Below are positions 25,099 through 34,455 of a stretch of DNA of 64,000 bases, piece by piece. This DNA comes from a virus (Duplodnaviria; Heunggongvirae; Uroviricota; Caudoviricetes), in the IMG/VR virus record IMGVR_UViG_3300044618_002782, positions 1 through 64,000 of that record. One strand, written 5' to 3'. The notes under the pieces are model-generated. The model was given only the letters and a program-made list of their open reading frames with translations. It was not told where the DNA came from and did no database searches. The first letter of the stretch is position 1; every line of letters starts with the position of its first letter. A program made the position numbers and the translations under genes.

Positions 25099-25769
25099 AA
25101 ATATTATTCAACGGCGATAGCAATATGAGCGGAGAAGAGCTAACCGATTATTCACTAGGTATAGCCAGTCACCTGGAAAAATTATTAGGAGCAACTGGAA
25201 CAACAAATCTTTCTCTTTGTGGTAGTAGCAATGACAGAATCTATGATACTACAATGGAGTATATCAGGCAAAATCGAGATGTTGATTTAGTAATAATCGG
25301 CTGGAGTGAATTTTGTCGAGTACAATGGTTTCTTACTGACCAGGGTTACCCAGAATTCTGGGAAATCAATAATTTGGGTGTAGGGAGGCAGCCGCCAGAG
25401 GAATATAAATTACGCAAAGAGAATTGGGAACGCACCTCAAGAAACAACGACTATCGAACAGGAATGTCTCATTACTGGCATGAACGAATTTATAATGTAC
25501 ACAAGTACTTTGAATTTCATAATATACCGCATTTGTTTTTTCACGCCTTCCATGATTTTAGAATAAACGAAACACAATATCAACTAGATTGGAATAAACA
25601 ATATTTTCATCCGTATAACAGTACACAAACCTACATACACTGGTGTCACGACAATGGATTCAAAGAGATTACACCAGGCTGGTATCACTATGAACCAGAT
25701 GCTCAGGAAGCCTGGGCAAATTATATCTTTAATTATATAATTGACAATAATTTATTATCAAAAAAATGA
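25095..25769 (+). CDS. SGNH-like hydrolase-fold protein (candidate esterase/acyltransferase)
   Basis: MKILFNGDSNMSGE has a GDS(N) block I at the N-terminus. Start at ATG 25095 (ATGA overlap); the track start at 25029 overlaps the upstream gene. Confidence 0.4.
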   Translation: MKILFNGDSNMSGEELTDYSLGIASHLEKLLGATGTTNLSLCGSSNDRIYDTTMEYIRQNRDVDLVIIGWSEFCRVQWFLTDQGYPEFWEINNLGVGRQPPEEYKLRKENWERTSRNNDYRTGMSHYWHERIYNVHKYFEFHNIPHLFFHAFHDFRINETQYQLDWNKQYFHPYNSTQTYIHWCHDNGFKEITPGWYHYEPDAQEAWANYIFNYIIDNNLLSKK

Positions 25770-25852
25770 TTTATAATTTCAAAGAAATCTTGCACTTGCA
25801 CCTCAAAATTTCTAGTAAATGCAACGCAGTAATGACTGATCACCGATGAAGT

Positions 25853-26647
25853 TTACTTAGTGCCAAACCCCGGCTCAGGCCAACGACTAGCATTAAAGTT
25901 TACACGTTCAAAATCTGACAGGTCTAGTTTTATAGTACCAGGCTTGTAATTTTGCACTTCATTAACTATGTATTTCCCTAGCACCACGTTATTGTGTGGA
26001 CTCATGTGATTTGCTCTCATATCGTTAGTTATGTCGGCCACTTCTGAATCAGTACCGGTAACTTCTCCGAGAGAAATATGAATCAACGGTGTAGCAACTA
26101 TCATTCCGTCGAGTCCTGCTGCGATTTCAATATTGAATGGAAGGGTGAACAAGTGTATTTTTTTAAAGTCGCTGCATTTAAATTTACGATTAATTTCTTC
26201 AAACCATTGCATTTGTGCCCAAATCTGAAAGGAGTCGTCTCTTAGATAATTTATCCAATCTTTTAATGCAGAGGAAAGTTGTTGAGTTTCGAAGTCAAAA
26301 AGTTTTGGATCGCTGTAAATTAAATTCATTCCAATTTCAGACTTGCAGGAGTTAAATCTCCAGTAATCAGTATGTACAAATACCATAACTTCAATTCGTT
26401 CAACAAAGTCCGGATTTTTTTGAATATGCCGAAACAACCGATCTCGACTAAACCACCAGCTACGCCCAGCATATCCAAAACTGTAAAGATTAAGATTCAA
26501 TTCTTTTGCTGCAACATTGAGCCAGGTTGGGTGACCATGTTGTTGTTGATTCGACTCATGCCGGTTCGGACTTGGGCCTCTAAATGAACTGCAATAGCTG
26601 TCGCCAACGAAAACAATGTTTTTTTTCATTTTATTGATTGATACCAT
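25853..26647 (-). CDS. SGNH-like hydrolase-fold protein (candidate), convergent with 25095..25769
   Basis: KKNIVFVGDSYCSS shows a GDS block after a short N-terminus. Overlaps the rSAM gene 26626..28044 by 22 nt (coupled). Confidence 0.35.
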   Translation of the reverse strand: MVSINKMKKNIVFVGDSYCSSFRGPSPNRHESNQQQHGHPTWLNVAAKELNLNLYSFGYAGRSWWFSRDRLFRHIQKNPDFVERIEVMVFVHTDYWRFNSCKSEIGMNLIYSDPKLFDFETQQLSSALKDWINYLRDDSFQIWAQMQWFEEINRKFKCSDFKKIHLFTLPFNIEIAAGLDGMIVATPLIHISLGEVTGTDSEVADITNDMRANHMSPHNNVVLGKYIVNEVQNYKPGTIKLDLSDFERVNFNASRWPEPGFGTK

Positions 26648-28044
26648 TCTGCAAGATTAGGAAAAGTATTTATAAAGTTTTTACCTCTACGTTGATCATA
26701 TTGATCAAAAAAACTACGAAAATCTTTTTCCAGTAATTTTGTATCTTGAGCTGGATCTTTTTGATCATATACAGCAGATCCGTGTTGTATTTGTTTTTCT
26801 TGGTGCGGAATTTCTACAGTACTCAAATACTTGGCAAAGCGATCAATGTGATCAATTTCGATAGGCAAAAACCATTTATTTAAATTGTCTATGTTTAAAA
26901 ATTCCTGTATATCTTTGCTGTACTTTTGCCTCATTTCGTTTGGTAATACAACTATGTTCTGAAAGCTGGGAAATCGCACAGGATTCACACTCAACATAAG
27001 ACTGGTTGTTCCGTTGGAATTTGCAGGTGCAGTTTTTTTACGTTCCAATAACCAGTAAAGAAAATCTACAAATCCGTCGGCACTGATGGCACTCAATGTA
27101 CCGCAAATTCCAGTGTTGGCAACTACCCCACTGTTGAGAACCATATCTAGATTGCTATGCCATAGATCCCAATCGATGCCGTCTCTTACATATTCCATTT
27201 TTTGTCCAGTGCTTTCTGCGCTGGTGTACACCCATACAGGCACACTAATTCGACTACACATGTCTAAAAAACGTTTTAACGTATCTTGATCGTAAGCCAG
27301 ATTTGTGGTCATCTCAATTCTGCAATCAGCTTTGCCGGCATTGTCGGCCAGCCAAGACAGCAACTTCCACGTATGCCCAGACATCATTGGTTCGCCGCCT
27401 GATATACGAATCTGTTTTATAGTTTTGTGCAAACTTTCTTCCCACCAACGAAAAAATGCGTCTGCATAAGGATTTTGATCTCCGTAGTTGTATTTGATAA
27501 AACTATCGCCTGTATCAATGTAGTGGTTGCGATGATCTGTTGGCAAATTTAAATAAGGCCCGTTTTTTCTAATATCCTTGGCCCAGGTAGTGCTGATAGT
27601 AGGTGCACAATAACTACAAGCCAGATTACAGGTTCTGTCAAACACTATTTCTAAATAGGTAAGATCATAGTCAACATCCCAGCTTTGAGTAAATGCATTA
27701 TCCAGCTGTTGTTTGCTCATTTGGCCGCCCCAAGAGGTCCATGTTCTGTCGGCAAGGCCATTGGGATCAACTTCTTCCATAACCCAACAAAATTGGCAAT
27801 TTTTTGGTTTTTTTCCTTCCTGCATCATCTTGCGTTCTTGTTTTTTAATCGGAGTGTTGTGCAGGGCCCGAGGATTGGTTTTGATTGCTTCGAGATCTAT
27901 TGCATGCGGAGGGTTATGGTGACAACTAGTAGTCCAGCCTTGACCTAGCCACAGGCTGGCGTTGTACCATTTAGATCCACAAAAACTTGGACTTTTACTG
28001 TCTAAGTTTTCAATCTTCCATTGTTTCATTGCTTTGATATCCAT
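26626..28044 (-). CDS. radical SAM enzyme, paralog family B member 1
   Basis: CNLACSYC (CxxxCxxC) and ISGGEPMMSG (GGE SAM-binding motif). Family-specific N-terminus FCGSKWYNASLWLGQGWTTSCHH...NPRALHNTP...CQFCW. Conserved C-terminus YDQRRGKNFINTFPNLAEWYQSI. Confidence 0.65.
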   Translation of the reverse strand: MDIKAMKQWKIENLDSKSPSFCGSKWYNASLWLGQGWTTSCHHNPPHAIDLEAIKTNPRALHNTPIKKQERKMMQEGKKPKNCQFCWVMEEVDPNGLADRTWTSWGGQMSKQQLDNAFTQSWDVDYDLTYLEIVFDRTCNLACSYCAPTISTTWAKDIRKNGPYLNLPTDHRNHYIDTGDSFIKYNYGDQNPYADAFFRWWEESLHKTIKQIRISGGEPMMSGHTWKLLSWLADNAGKADCRIEMTTNLAYDQDTLKRFLDMCSRISVPVWVYTSAESTGQKMEYVRDGIDWDLWHSNLDMVLNSGVVANTGICGTLSAISADGFVDFLYWLLERKKTAPANSNGTTSLMLSVNPVRFPSFQNIVVLPNEMRQKYSKDIQEFLNIDNLNKWFLPIEIDHIDRFAKYLSTVEIPHQEKQIQHGSAVYDQKDPAQDTKLLEKDFRSFFDQYDQRRGKNFINTFPNLAEWYQSIK

Positions 28045-28176
28045 TATACTTTCCTATTAAACATACTTGTCAACTATGAGTTTAATTATTTTATTGATTA
28101 AAACAATGGTATACTCAAAATTAGATCACTGTAACTCTGATAATCAAAAACTCTCTCTCTAAAACAATTATATTTT

Positions 28177-29295
28177 TCATAAATTTTCAAGCTGCAAACT
28201 GTCTAAAAATTTTGTTATCTCAACACTTATATCACAGTCCGACATTTTTTTTGCAAGTTCTCGATTGAACATAAATCTTGGCATCAATGATTCTTTAAGA
28301 TCTTGCAAAGTATTTGATGGGACACGATTGATAAATTTCTCAAGGCTGCTGACAAATTGTTCTATTCGTAACAATGGGTCAGGTTCGTTGTCGTAGCCAT
28401 GATCAATTAATTCGTCAAATAAATCAAAACCTTGCTGTCTTGTTTTTTCAACCTGGCCACGTGGTCCCAATATCATTGGAATCTGACCAAGTACAAATGC
28501 TTTTACTGTTTTTTCAGTGAGCATGGGTACGGTCCAACTCCAGTCTGCGGGCACAGCAGATGAATATTCAAATCCAGACTCTAATACTACATTTACCAAG
28601 GCATTTTTTATTTTGTCATTGGTTATAGTAGATGACTTACAAAAAGATTGTTTGTCAGCAAGTTTTGATTTTAGATCAACAATCCCGTCAACAAAGCAAG
28701 GAAAATATTTTAGATTTTTCTCGTCAATACCTAAGGCTGTATGATTTCTTAAAAAAAATTCATTGCTATTGTCACATTCGGCTGCTGCACCAATGCTAAA
28801 ATATCCCAAATGTTGCAAGTTTCTGTTTAAGATAGAATTAATCACTCGTGTGCGACTGAATCGCGGAATTCTAGCTAAGGCAACAAAATGATGAGTTGCT
28901 TGATAAGAAAATGAGTCTTTCCACTGGTTATGGATATGCCAAAAAAATGTATTACAATCAGTTATTGTGGTATAATCAGCCTGTGGTGATTCCCAACCTG
29001 TTGTTAAATGAAGAATTTTCAACCCAGGATGTAATGATTTTAATGCCGGTAAGAATGAAAAACGATCAATCGTAGGAGATTCGTTGATACTGTGAATAAT
29101 CAGCAGCGGAGGATTCTTTTGAAACTTTGAATACTTTTCAATCAACAGTGCGTCTATCCCCTGAGTGATATTAAAATTGAATTGTGGACGATTAAAATCC
29201 AGTAAAATGCAAGGCAACGGATGCTGATCTATTAGATCAGCATACCTGATGTAGTGCATTTTTGGATCCAAATCAGGAATATAATCTACTATCAT
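28177..29295 (-). CDS. glycosyltransferase-like protein, paralog family member 3
   Basis: LTEKTVKAFVLGQIPMILGPRGQVEKTRQQGFDLFDELIDHGYD, the same C-terminal block as the other members. Confidence 0.4.
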   Translation of the reverse strand: MIVDYIPDLDPKMHYIRYADLIDQHPLPCILLDFNRPQFNFNITQGIDALLIEKYSKFQKNPPLLIIHSINESPTIDRFSFLPALKSLHPGLKILHLTTGWESPQADYTTITDCNTFFWHIHNQWKDSFSYQATHHFVALARIPRFSRTRVINSILNRNLQHLGYFSIGAAAECDNSNEFFLRNHTALGIDEKNLKYFPCFVDGIVDLKSKLADKQSFCKSSTITNDKIKNALVNVVLESGFEYSSAVPADWSWTVPMLTEKTVKAFVLGQIPMILGPRGQVEKTRQQGFDLFDELIDHGYDNEPDPLLRIEQFVSSLEKFINRVPSNTLQDLKESLMPRFMFNRELAKKMSDCDISVEITKFLDSLQLENL

Positions 29296-29296
29296 A

Positions 29297-30787
29297 TTAT
29301 GAACATACCTTTACATTGTATAAAATTTCAAATCTGTCAGCGTCTGCTCGATCATTGACCATGGGTTCGCTTCTGATGTTTAAACTGGTGTTTAGTAGCA
29401 TGGGGCAACCAGTGCGTGCGTACCAGGCTTCTAGCAGTTGTCTGATCCCTGACGCCAAGTCCGGAGCCACTGTTTGAACTCTACTAGTGCCATCCACATG
29501 CACAATAGCAGGATACAACTCAGGAGCCAAGCAGCGGGCGACAGATTGCATATAAGGGCTACTACCGAAACCACGAGGAAGATCAAAGTATTGATCAGCA
29601 TGCTCTTCCAAGATGACAGGGGCAAAGGGTCTAAATTTTTGTCTTCGTTTGATTTCATTTACTCGATCCTTGATATCGGGTCCGCGTGGATCAGCCAATA
29701 AACTTCTATTACCTAGAGCTCGCGGTCCAAATTCGGCAGCGCCGCTGGCCACGCCAACGATACGATCAGTGAGCAGGTGATCAACAACGGCATCGACAGG
29801 ATACTGGCCAGGTATAACATGGCCCAGATAGGGATGCTGCCAGTCAATACGACCACCAAAAGCCAAAGCGGCAGCACCAAGACTACTACCAGCATCACCG
29901 GGACAAGGCATAATCCAAATGTGATCAAAGTATTCTCCCAAGTTTCGATTGGCCAAGCAGTTGAGTGCCACTCCGCCCATGTATACTAAGTTCTTGCTCC
30001 AGTTAAATGCACGAGCACGTTTCATTACATTGTAAATTAATTGTTCTGCCAGTTCCTGCGCGGTGCTGGCAATGTCGTTGTTGTCAGCTGATTCTAACCA
30101 TTTATCATCGATGCCAGCATGCAAATTCTGAGTAAATCTTACTTCGTCCGAATCGGCTACTAAGTCCTGCCGCATGCGATCAATCCAGACAGCACGACCC
30201 CAGCCGGCCATGCCCATGGTAATGTATTCTTCGTCTAGTGGGTGTAGGCCAATGCGGCTAGTAATTCCACTATAAAACAGTCCGATTGAGTGGGGGTATC
30301 GTTGTCCCCACAGCTTTTTATATACTGCACGATTCTTTTGATCATATTCTGCTCCCCAAATACTTATGGTATCCCATTCTCCTATTGCGTCAATAACCAC
30401 AACAGTTGCTCGTGTGTAGGAACTGGTTTGAAATCCAGCAGCAGCATGACTTAGGTGATGATTATAACTGACTGCACGACCAGGACGTTGATGCAGCCAA
30501 GGCGACAATTGGTATTGAATATTTTGATTAAGTGTAATTCGGTTCCAATCAACACCTTGCCCACTGTACAATTGCCGTGACTGTTTTAGCCAGGGTCTTT
30601 CGTACCATGCAATAGTGTCTATGTCATAGTCGCGTATCTCGGCGACTAGGCCGTGGCATATATCTGCGTCATTCTTTCGTTTGCTGTATCGTTCACTGTG
30701 ACCTGCAAACACAATACGGCCGCGATCATCAATTAAGCTGACCGCAGCATCGTGGAAGCCGGCACTGACGCCCAATATATGTTTCAT
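29297..30787 (-). CDS. carbamoyltransferase (NodU/CmcH/TobZ family)
   Basis: N-terminal MKHILGVSAGFHDAAVSLIDD and SYNHHLSHAAAGF match the family hallmark HH.AHAAS. ~500 aa with Kae1-like N-domain plus YrdC-like C-domain. Confidence 0.75.
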   Translation of the reverse strand: MKHILGVSAGFHDAAVSLIDDRGRIVFAGHSERYSKRKNDADICHGLVAEIRDYDIDTIAWYERPWLKQSRQLYSGQGVDWNRITLNQNIQYQLSPWLHQRPGRAVSYNHHLSHAAAGFQTSSYTRATVVVIDAIGEWDTISIWGAEYDQKNRAVYKKLWGQRYPHSIGLFYSGITSRIGLHPLDEEYITMGMAGWGRAVWIDRMRQDLVADSDEVRFTQNLHAGIDDKWLESADNNDIASTAQELAEQLIYNVMKRARAFNWSKNLVYMGGVALNCLANRNLGEYFDHIWIMPCPGDAGSSLGAAALAFGGRIDWQHPYLGHVIPGQYPVDAVVDHLLTDRIVGVASGAAEFGPRALGNRSLLADPRGPDIKDRVNEIKRRQKFRPFAPVILEEHADQYFDLPRGFGSSPYMQSVARCLAPELYPAIVHVDGTSRVQTVAPDLASGIRQLLEAWYARTGCPMLLNTSLNIRSEPMVNDRADADRFEILYNVKVCS

Positions 30788-30871
30788 TTGTATATAAACG
30801 GATCTCTTTTACGAAGTTCTTTTAGTTTTTTTCTGTAACGTATTTCTAATTTGATTTTATCGATCAGTCTT

Positions 30872-31993
30872 TTAATCCAGCGCATGGTGTTCTCCTTGTT
30901 GGCCCGAATAGTCGTATCCGGGTTTCAGTCGATTGATTTGTTGTTGTTTATAATTGCTGTCAGTCCAACAATAATCAAATGTCTGAGTAACCCCGTTGAC
31001 TTCTATACTGTATATATCTAAGTGCGAACCCAGGATATTCCAAATCTCTTGGGCATCAGTTGTTCCAAAACTCTGTTGCAACAGAACTTGTGCTATGGGC
31101 AAGTACCCTAGGCTCAGATTCGGATCAGTAGGATCCCTATTGTTGTCAACAAGCCAGGCACGAAATCGATCTTGCTCTTGATCATGCCATGGTCTTTGTC
31201 CACCATACACAACGTCATTGCCCCATTCTACATCAAATTCTCCAGAGTAATATCTTAGATGCGTGATAGCTTTGCATACAGTATCTGTCAACACTGGTGC
31301 ACCTTCGTCTCTAAATACTTCAAATAAAGTTTTACCTATCTGTGTCCAGTGCATGTAGACCCCGCCAAGCACACGGTCATATCCATTGGTAACAAATTCT
31401 TGCCGATGCTGGGGCAATAAGTCGTAACGGTCTGCAGACAACCAGGTGGTGATCTGACTGGGTCGAACCCAAAAAGGTGCAGTGGCAGCTTTGCGTTGAC
31501 TCAATATGAGATTTTCCATTTCATGGCAAATATTATTGAGTTGTCGTATAGCATACTTGGTTTCGTAACTGGCACATGTATACCATGAACTGAGATTTTC
31601 TACTGTGCCTTGTAAAACTTCAAAATGATTGTGTAACTTGTTTAACAAGTTATGATTGATTCCGTTTTCAGCATAATCAAAACCCACAACAGTATCGGGT
31701 GTGTATGTTTCTGTAATTTGATAGTCTGTGAACTCAGAGTTTATAACAGCGACGGCCTGGGTTAATTCTCTGCAGAGATAAGGCAGTGTTCTTGCAGTGT
31801 TTGGAAATCCCATAAAACAAAAGTTTTTTTCTAGCAGTTTACCGGATGCTAGTAGTTTAGTTAATGCCACTTTCCAGTCTCTAGCCAAGAGATGATCTTG
31901 TACTTCAATTGTGTAATCAACTAAATCTCGACGAGATAACGGATTTCGTAGTACTACTTTAACTTGGGATTGCATTCCACCACCTTGCCACAT
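30872..31993 (-). CDS. hypothetical protein (373 aa)
   Basis: Intact ORF inside the island with no recognisable motif. Overlaps the downstream end of rSAM-A1 by 35 nt. Confidence 0.4.
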   Translation of the reverse strand: MWQGGGMQSQVKVVLRNPLSRRDLVDYTIEVQDHLLARDWKVALTKLLASGKLLEKNFCFMGFPNTARTLPYLCRELTQAVAVINSEFTDYQITETYTPDTVVGFDYAENGINHNLLNKLHNHFEVLQGTVENLSSWYTCASYETKYAIRQLNNICHEMENLILSQRKAATAPFWVRPSQITTWLSADRYDLLPQHRQEFVTNGYDRVLGGVYMHWTQIGKTLFEVFRDEGAPVLTDTVCKAITHLRYYSGEFDVEWGNDVVYGGQRPWHDQEQDRFRAWLVDNNRDPTDPNLSLGYLPIAQVLLQQSFGTTDAQEIWNILGSHLDIYSIEVNGVTQTFDYCWTDSNYKQQQINRLKPGYDYSGQQGEHHALD

Positions 31994-33260
31994 CGGGTCT
32001 TTGTTGTAGGATTTTTTGCATATCAGTTGGCGCCGATCTAATACTTTCTAATTTTAACACACGAGCTTTGCCTTTTGCAAGTCCTTGTTGGTATGTGTCA
32101 GGCCATTGTTCATCAAAGGTCGGCCGCTGTTTTAATTGCGTCAGCATGTCACGCATTGTGCCTGTGACTTCGGGTAACAACTCGTCAATCCAAGGATGTA
32201 GTATTGACCTAGGCAATGCCAACGGACTCATGACAATGTCAGGTGAAAAGCTGAATATGACCTTGGCTAGAATGTCAACTCCTAAATCTTTAGCTACTGC
32301 TATTATAGGAACAATTTCAAACATGCCGGGTAGGGTCAATGTAAAATCCAAGCGCATCTGACGAGGATGCCGCATACGATCAACACCATGACGAAAGTTT
32401 TCTAAAAATATCGACCAGTCAAGTCCTGTTCTGATGTATTCTCCGATGGATCCTGTTCCGTCGATGCTGGCACAAATTTGCCAATCGCGTATATGATCAA
32501 GTATATCACTGTATAAATTGGTACCACGATACTGTATGCGACTAAGATTAGTATTATATCTGGCATATACAAGTCCCCCATCTCCTTGATCAACAATTTG
32601 TTTCATGTACCGCCAATGCTGTTCGTACATGAGTGGCTCGCCGCCGACCCAATAAACTTCTTCTACTCTGTGTTCTGATACTGCTTGTGCAAATTCTGCT
32701 TCAATCTGGCTGTCTTGGAAAGCAGTTATTTCTTGTTTGACCGCAGGCTGCATCCAATTGTTTTTGGGATTCGTCCAGTCAATCATGTTGTGCTGCCGTT
32801 GTTCGCTTTCCCACGCACTGGACAACATGTCTCCACAAGTTCTACATTTGAAATTACATAAGTTACTGAATCGATAATCCCAACTCACAGGCTTCATTGT
32901 GGTTGCACCTGATTCATCGGTGTTAGACCAAATGTCATTGTACTTGTGTTTGAACAAGTGCCAGAAATAAGTCCTATAGACATCTGTATTTAATAATTTG
33001 TTGTTGCAAACTTCGCACTCGGGTAAAGTTTCACCAGCCATCATTCGACGACGTACCGACCGCATGTGTTCGCTGTTCCAGTGTTGATCCAAAGTGATAG
33101 GAATATATCTACCAGTACCTGCACTTGTGTCGATGTATTGTTGAAAGTTTTGTGCAGGTTCTCGACTGGCACAGCACATGCGTCGTTCAGTTTGCGGACT
33201 AAGATAGGTATGAGTCCAGGGTGCCATACAAAGCATATCAGGACGCGGGATCATATTCAA
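31959..33260 (-). CDS. radical SAM enzyme, paralog family A member 1
   Basis: CNFKCRTCG (CxxxCxxC) and WVGGEPLM. Family-A N-terminus C.APW...........CC (CMAPWTHTYLSPQTERRMCC). Confidence 0.6.
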   Translation of the reverse strand: MNMIPRPDMLCMAPWTHTYLSPQTERRMCCASREPAQNFQQYIDTSAGTGRYIPITLDQHWNSEHMRSVRRRMMAGETLPECEVCNNKLLNTDVYRTYFWHLFKHKYNDIWSNTDESGATTMKPVSWDYRFSNLCNFKCRTCGDMLSSAWESEQRQHNMIDWTNPKNNWMQPAVKQEITAFQDSQIEAEFAQAVSEHRVEEVYWVGGEPLMYEQHWRYMKQIVDQGDGGLVYARYNTNLSRIQYRGTNLYSDILDHIRDWQICASIDGTGSIGEYIRTGLDWSIFLENFRHGVDRMRHPRQMRLDFTLTLPGMFEIVPIIAVAKDLGVDILAKVIFSFSPDIVMSPLALPRSILHPWIDELLPEVTGTMRDMLTQLKQRPTFDEQWPDTYQQGLAKGKARVLKLESIRSAPTDMQKILQQRPDVARWWNAIPS

Positions 33261-34455
33261 TTATTGCCGCAAATTCAGGTTGTACCTTACAAAGATTCTG
33301 TTGTCGTTTACGATCTAGGTCTTTTATTTTCATACGCATCATGAATCCGTCGGTCGATGCACCACGATTCATAAAATTGCAGATTCGATCAAACTCTGCT
33401 CGGTATTGTTCTGGTATGTCCGATGTGCTTAGATGATTTTCTATTGCTGCTTTTGCTGTATCGGGCAGAGTTGCAATGCTAAAATACCAAGCATCGTGCA
33501 TCATGTTCCAGTAAACAAAATCAAAACTCTGTTCTGCAATCCAGCGAGCTACATGTTCCAAATAGTATACATTGAAGATGTTGACTGTGCAGCATACTTG
33601 CAAGCGTATATGAAGGTGACGGTTACGCATAGCCATAAAGCGAGCAATATTATGTTCTACTTCGGACCATACAGCATTGGATCGTTGATACTCAAATCTT
33701 TCGCCAACATCGTCGATGCTGAATGCAATTTCCACAGTCTTAAAATGTTGCCATATATTTTCAGCTTCTTCTGGAAATTGTGTACCGTTTGTATTGTAAT
33801 GTATCTCTACCTGCCCAGCAATGCCACGATCTACAATTCTTTCTAAGAATTCAAAATGTTCTTGAATCATAAAGGGTTCACCGCCAGTGAACTCAATGTA
33901 ACGTATCTGATCAGTTATTGTGTCAATTTCACTCCAGAACTTTTCGTTTTCACGTGGCCACGCACCAGCACGTAGCATCTGATAAGGAAATGTTTTTTTC
34001 TTATCATCTGCTGGATTCATGTCGTTGAGTTCTTCTGCAGCAAACTGGCTTGAACTCCAAGATCCACAAATACGGCATTTGAGATTACAAATGTTTCCCA
34101 ACTTCAAATCTAAAAACATCAAGGGTTTGGCATCTGCTGTCCAATCTTGATCTGGCAACATGTGCTTGAGTCGATCCAATGTGTGCATACGTTTGCTGGT
34201 TCGACCGGATCGTTCTTCATTCCAACATTTACGACAAGTCTGTGGTTGCTTGCCTGCTAAAAATTGCTCTCGTAGCTTTTGCATGTGTTGACTGTTTTGT
34301 ATGTTTGCAAAGTCGGCTGTGGCCAATTCAAACTTGCTGCCGTTGTCATCGACAATTTCGTCATCAGCAAGACAACAAGGTCTTACTGTACCAATAGGAC
34401 TGGCTTCAAGACTGACCCAAGGCAATACACAAAATTTATCGTGTGGTATGTTCAT
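33238..34455 (-). CDS. radical SAM enzyme, paralog family A member 2
   Basis: CNLKCRICG and FTGGEPFM. N-terminus CVLPWVSLEASPIGTVRPCC. Confidence 0.6.
   Translation of the reverse strand: MNIPHDKFCVLPWVSLEASPIGTVRPCCLADDEIVDDNGSKFELATADFANIQNSQHMQKLREQFLAGKQPQTCRKCWNEERSGRTSKRMHTLDRLKHMLPDQDWTADAKPLMFLDLKLGNICNLKCRICGSWSSSQFAAEELNDMNPADDKKKTFPYQMLRAGAWPRENEKFWSEIDTITDQIRYIEFTGGEPFMIQEHFEFLERIVDRGIAGQVEIHYNTNGTQFPEEAENIWQHFKTVEIAFSIDDVGERFEYQRSNAVWSEVEHNIARFMAMRNRHLHIRLQVCCTVNIFNVYYLEHVARWIAEQSFDFVYWNMMHDAWYFSIATLPDTAKAAIENHLSTSDIPEQYRAEFDRICNFMNRGASTDGFMMRMKIKDLDRKRQQNLCKVQPEFAAIIEYDPAS

Noticed and set aside
28045-28177. Possible minus-strand sigma70 promoter TTGACA-N19-TATAAT upstream of rSAM gene 26626..28044
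   Set aside because: The TATAAT abuts the ATG directly (TATAATGGAT) and the spacer is 19 bp. That leaves no leader or RBS, so it is probably fortuitous AT-rich sequence.
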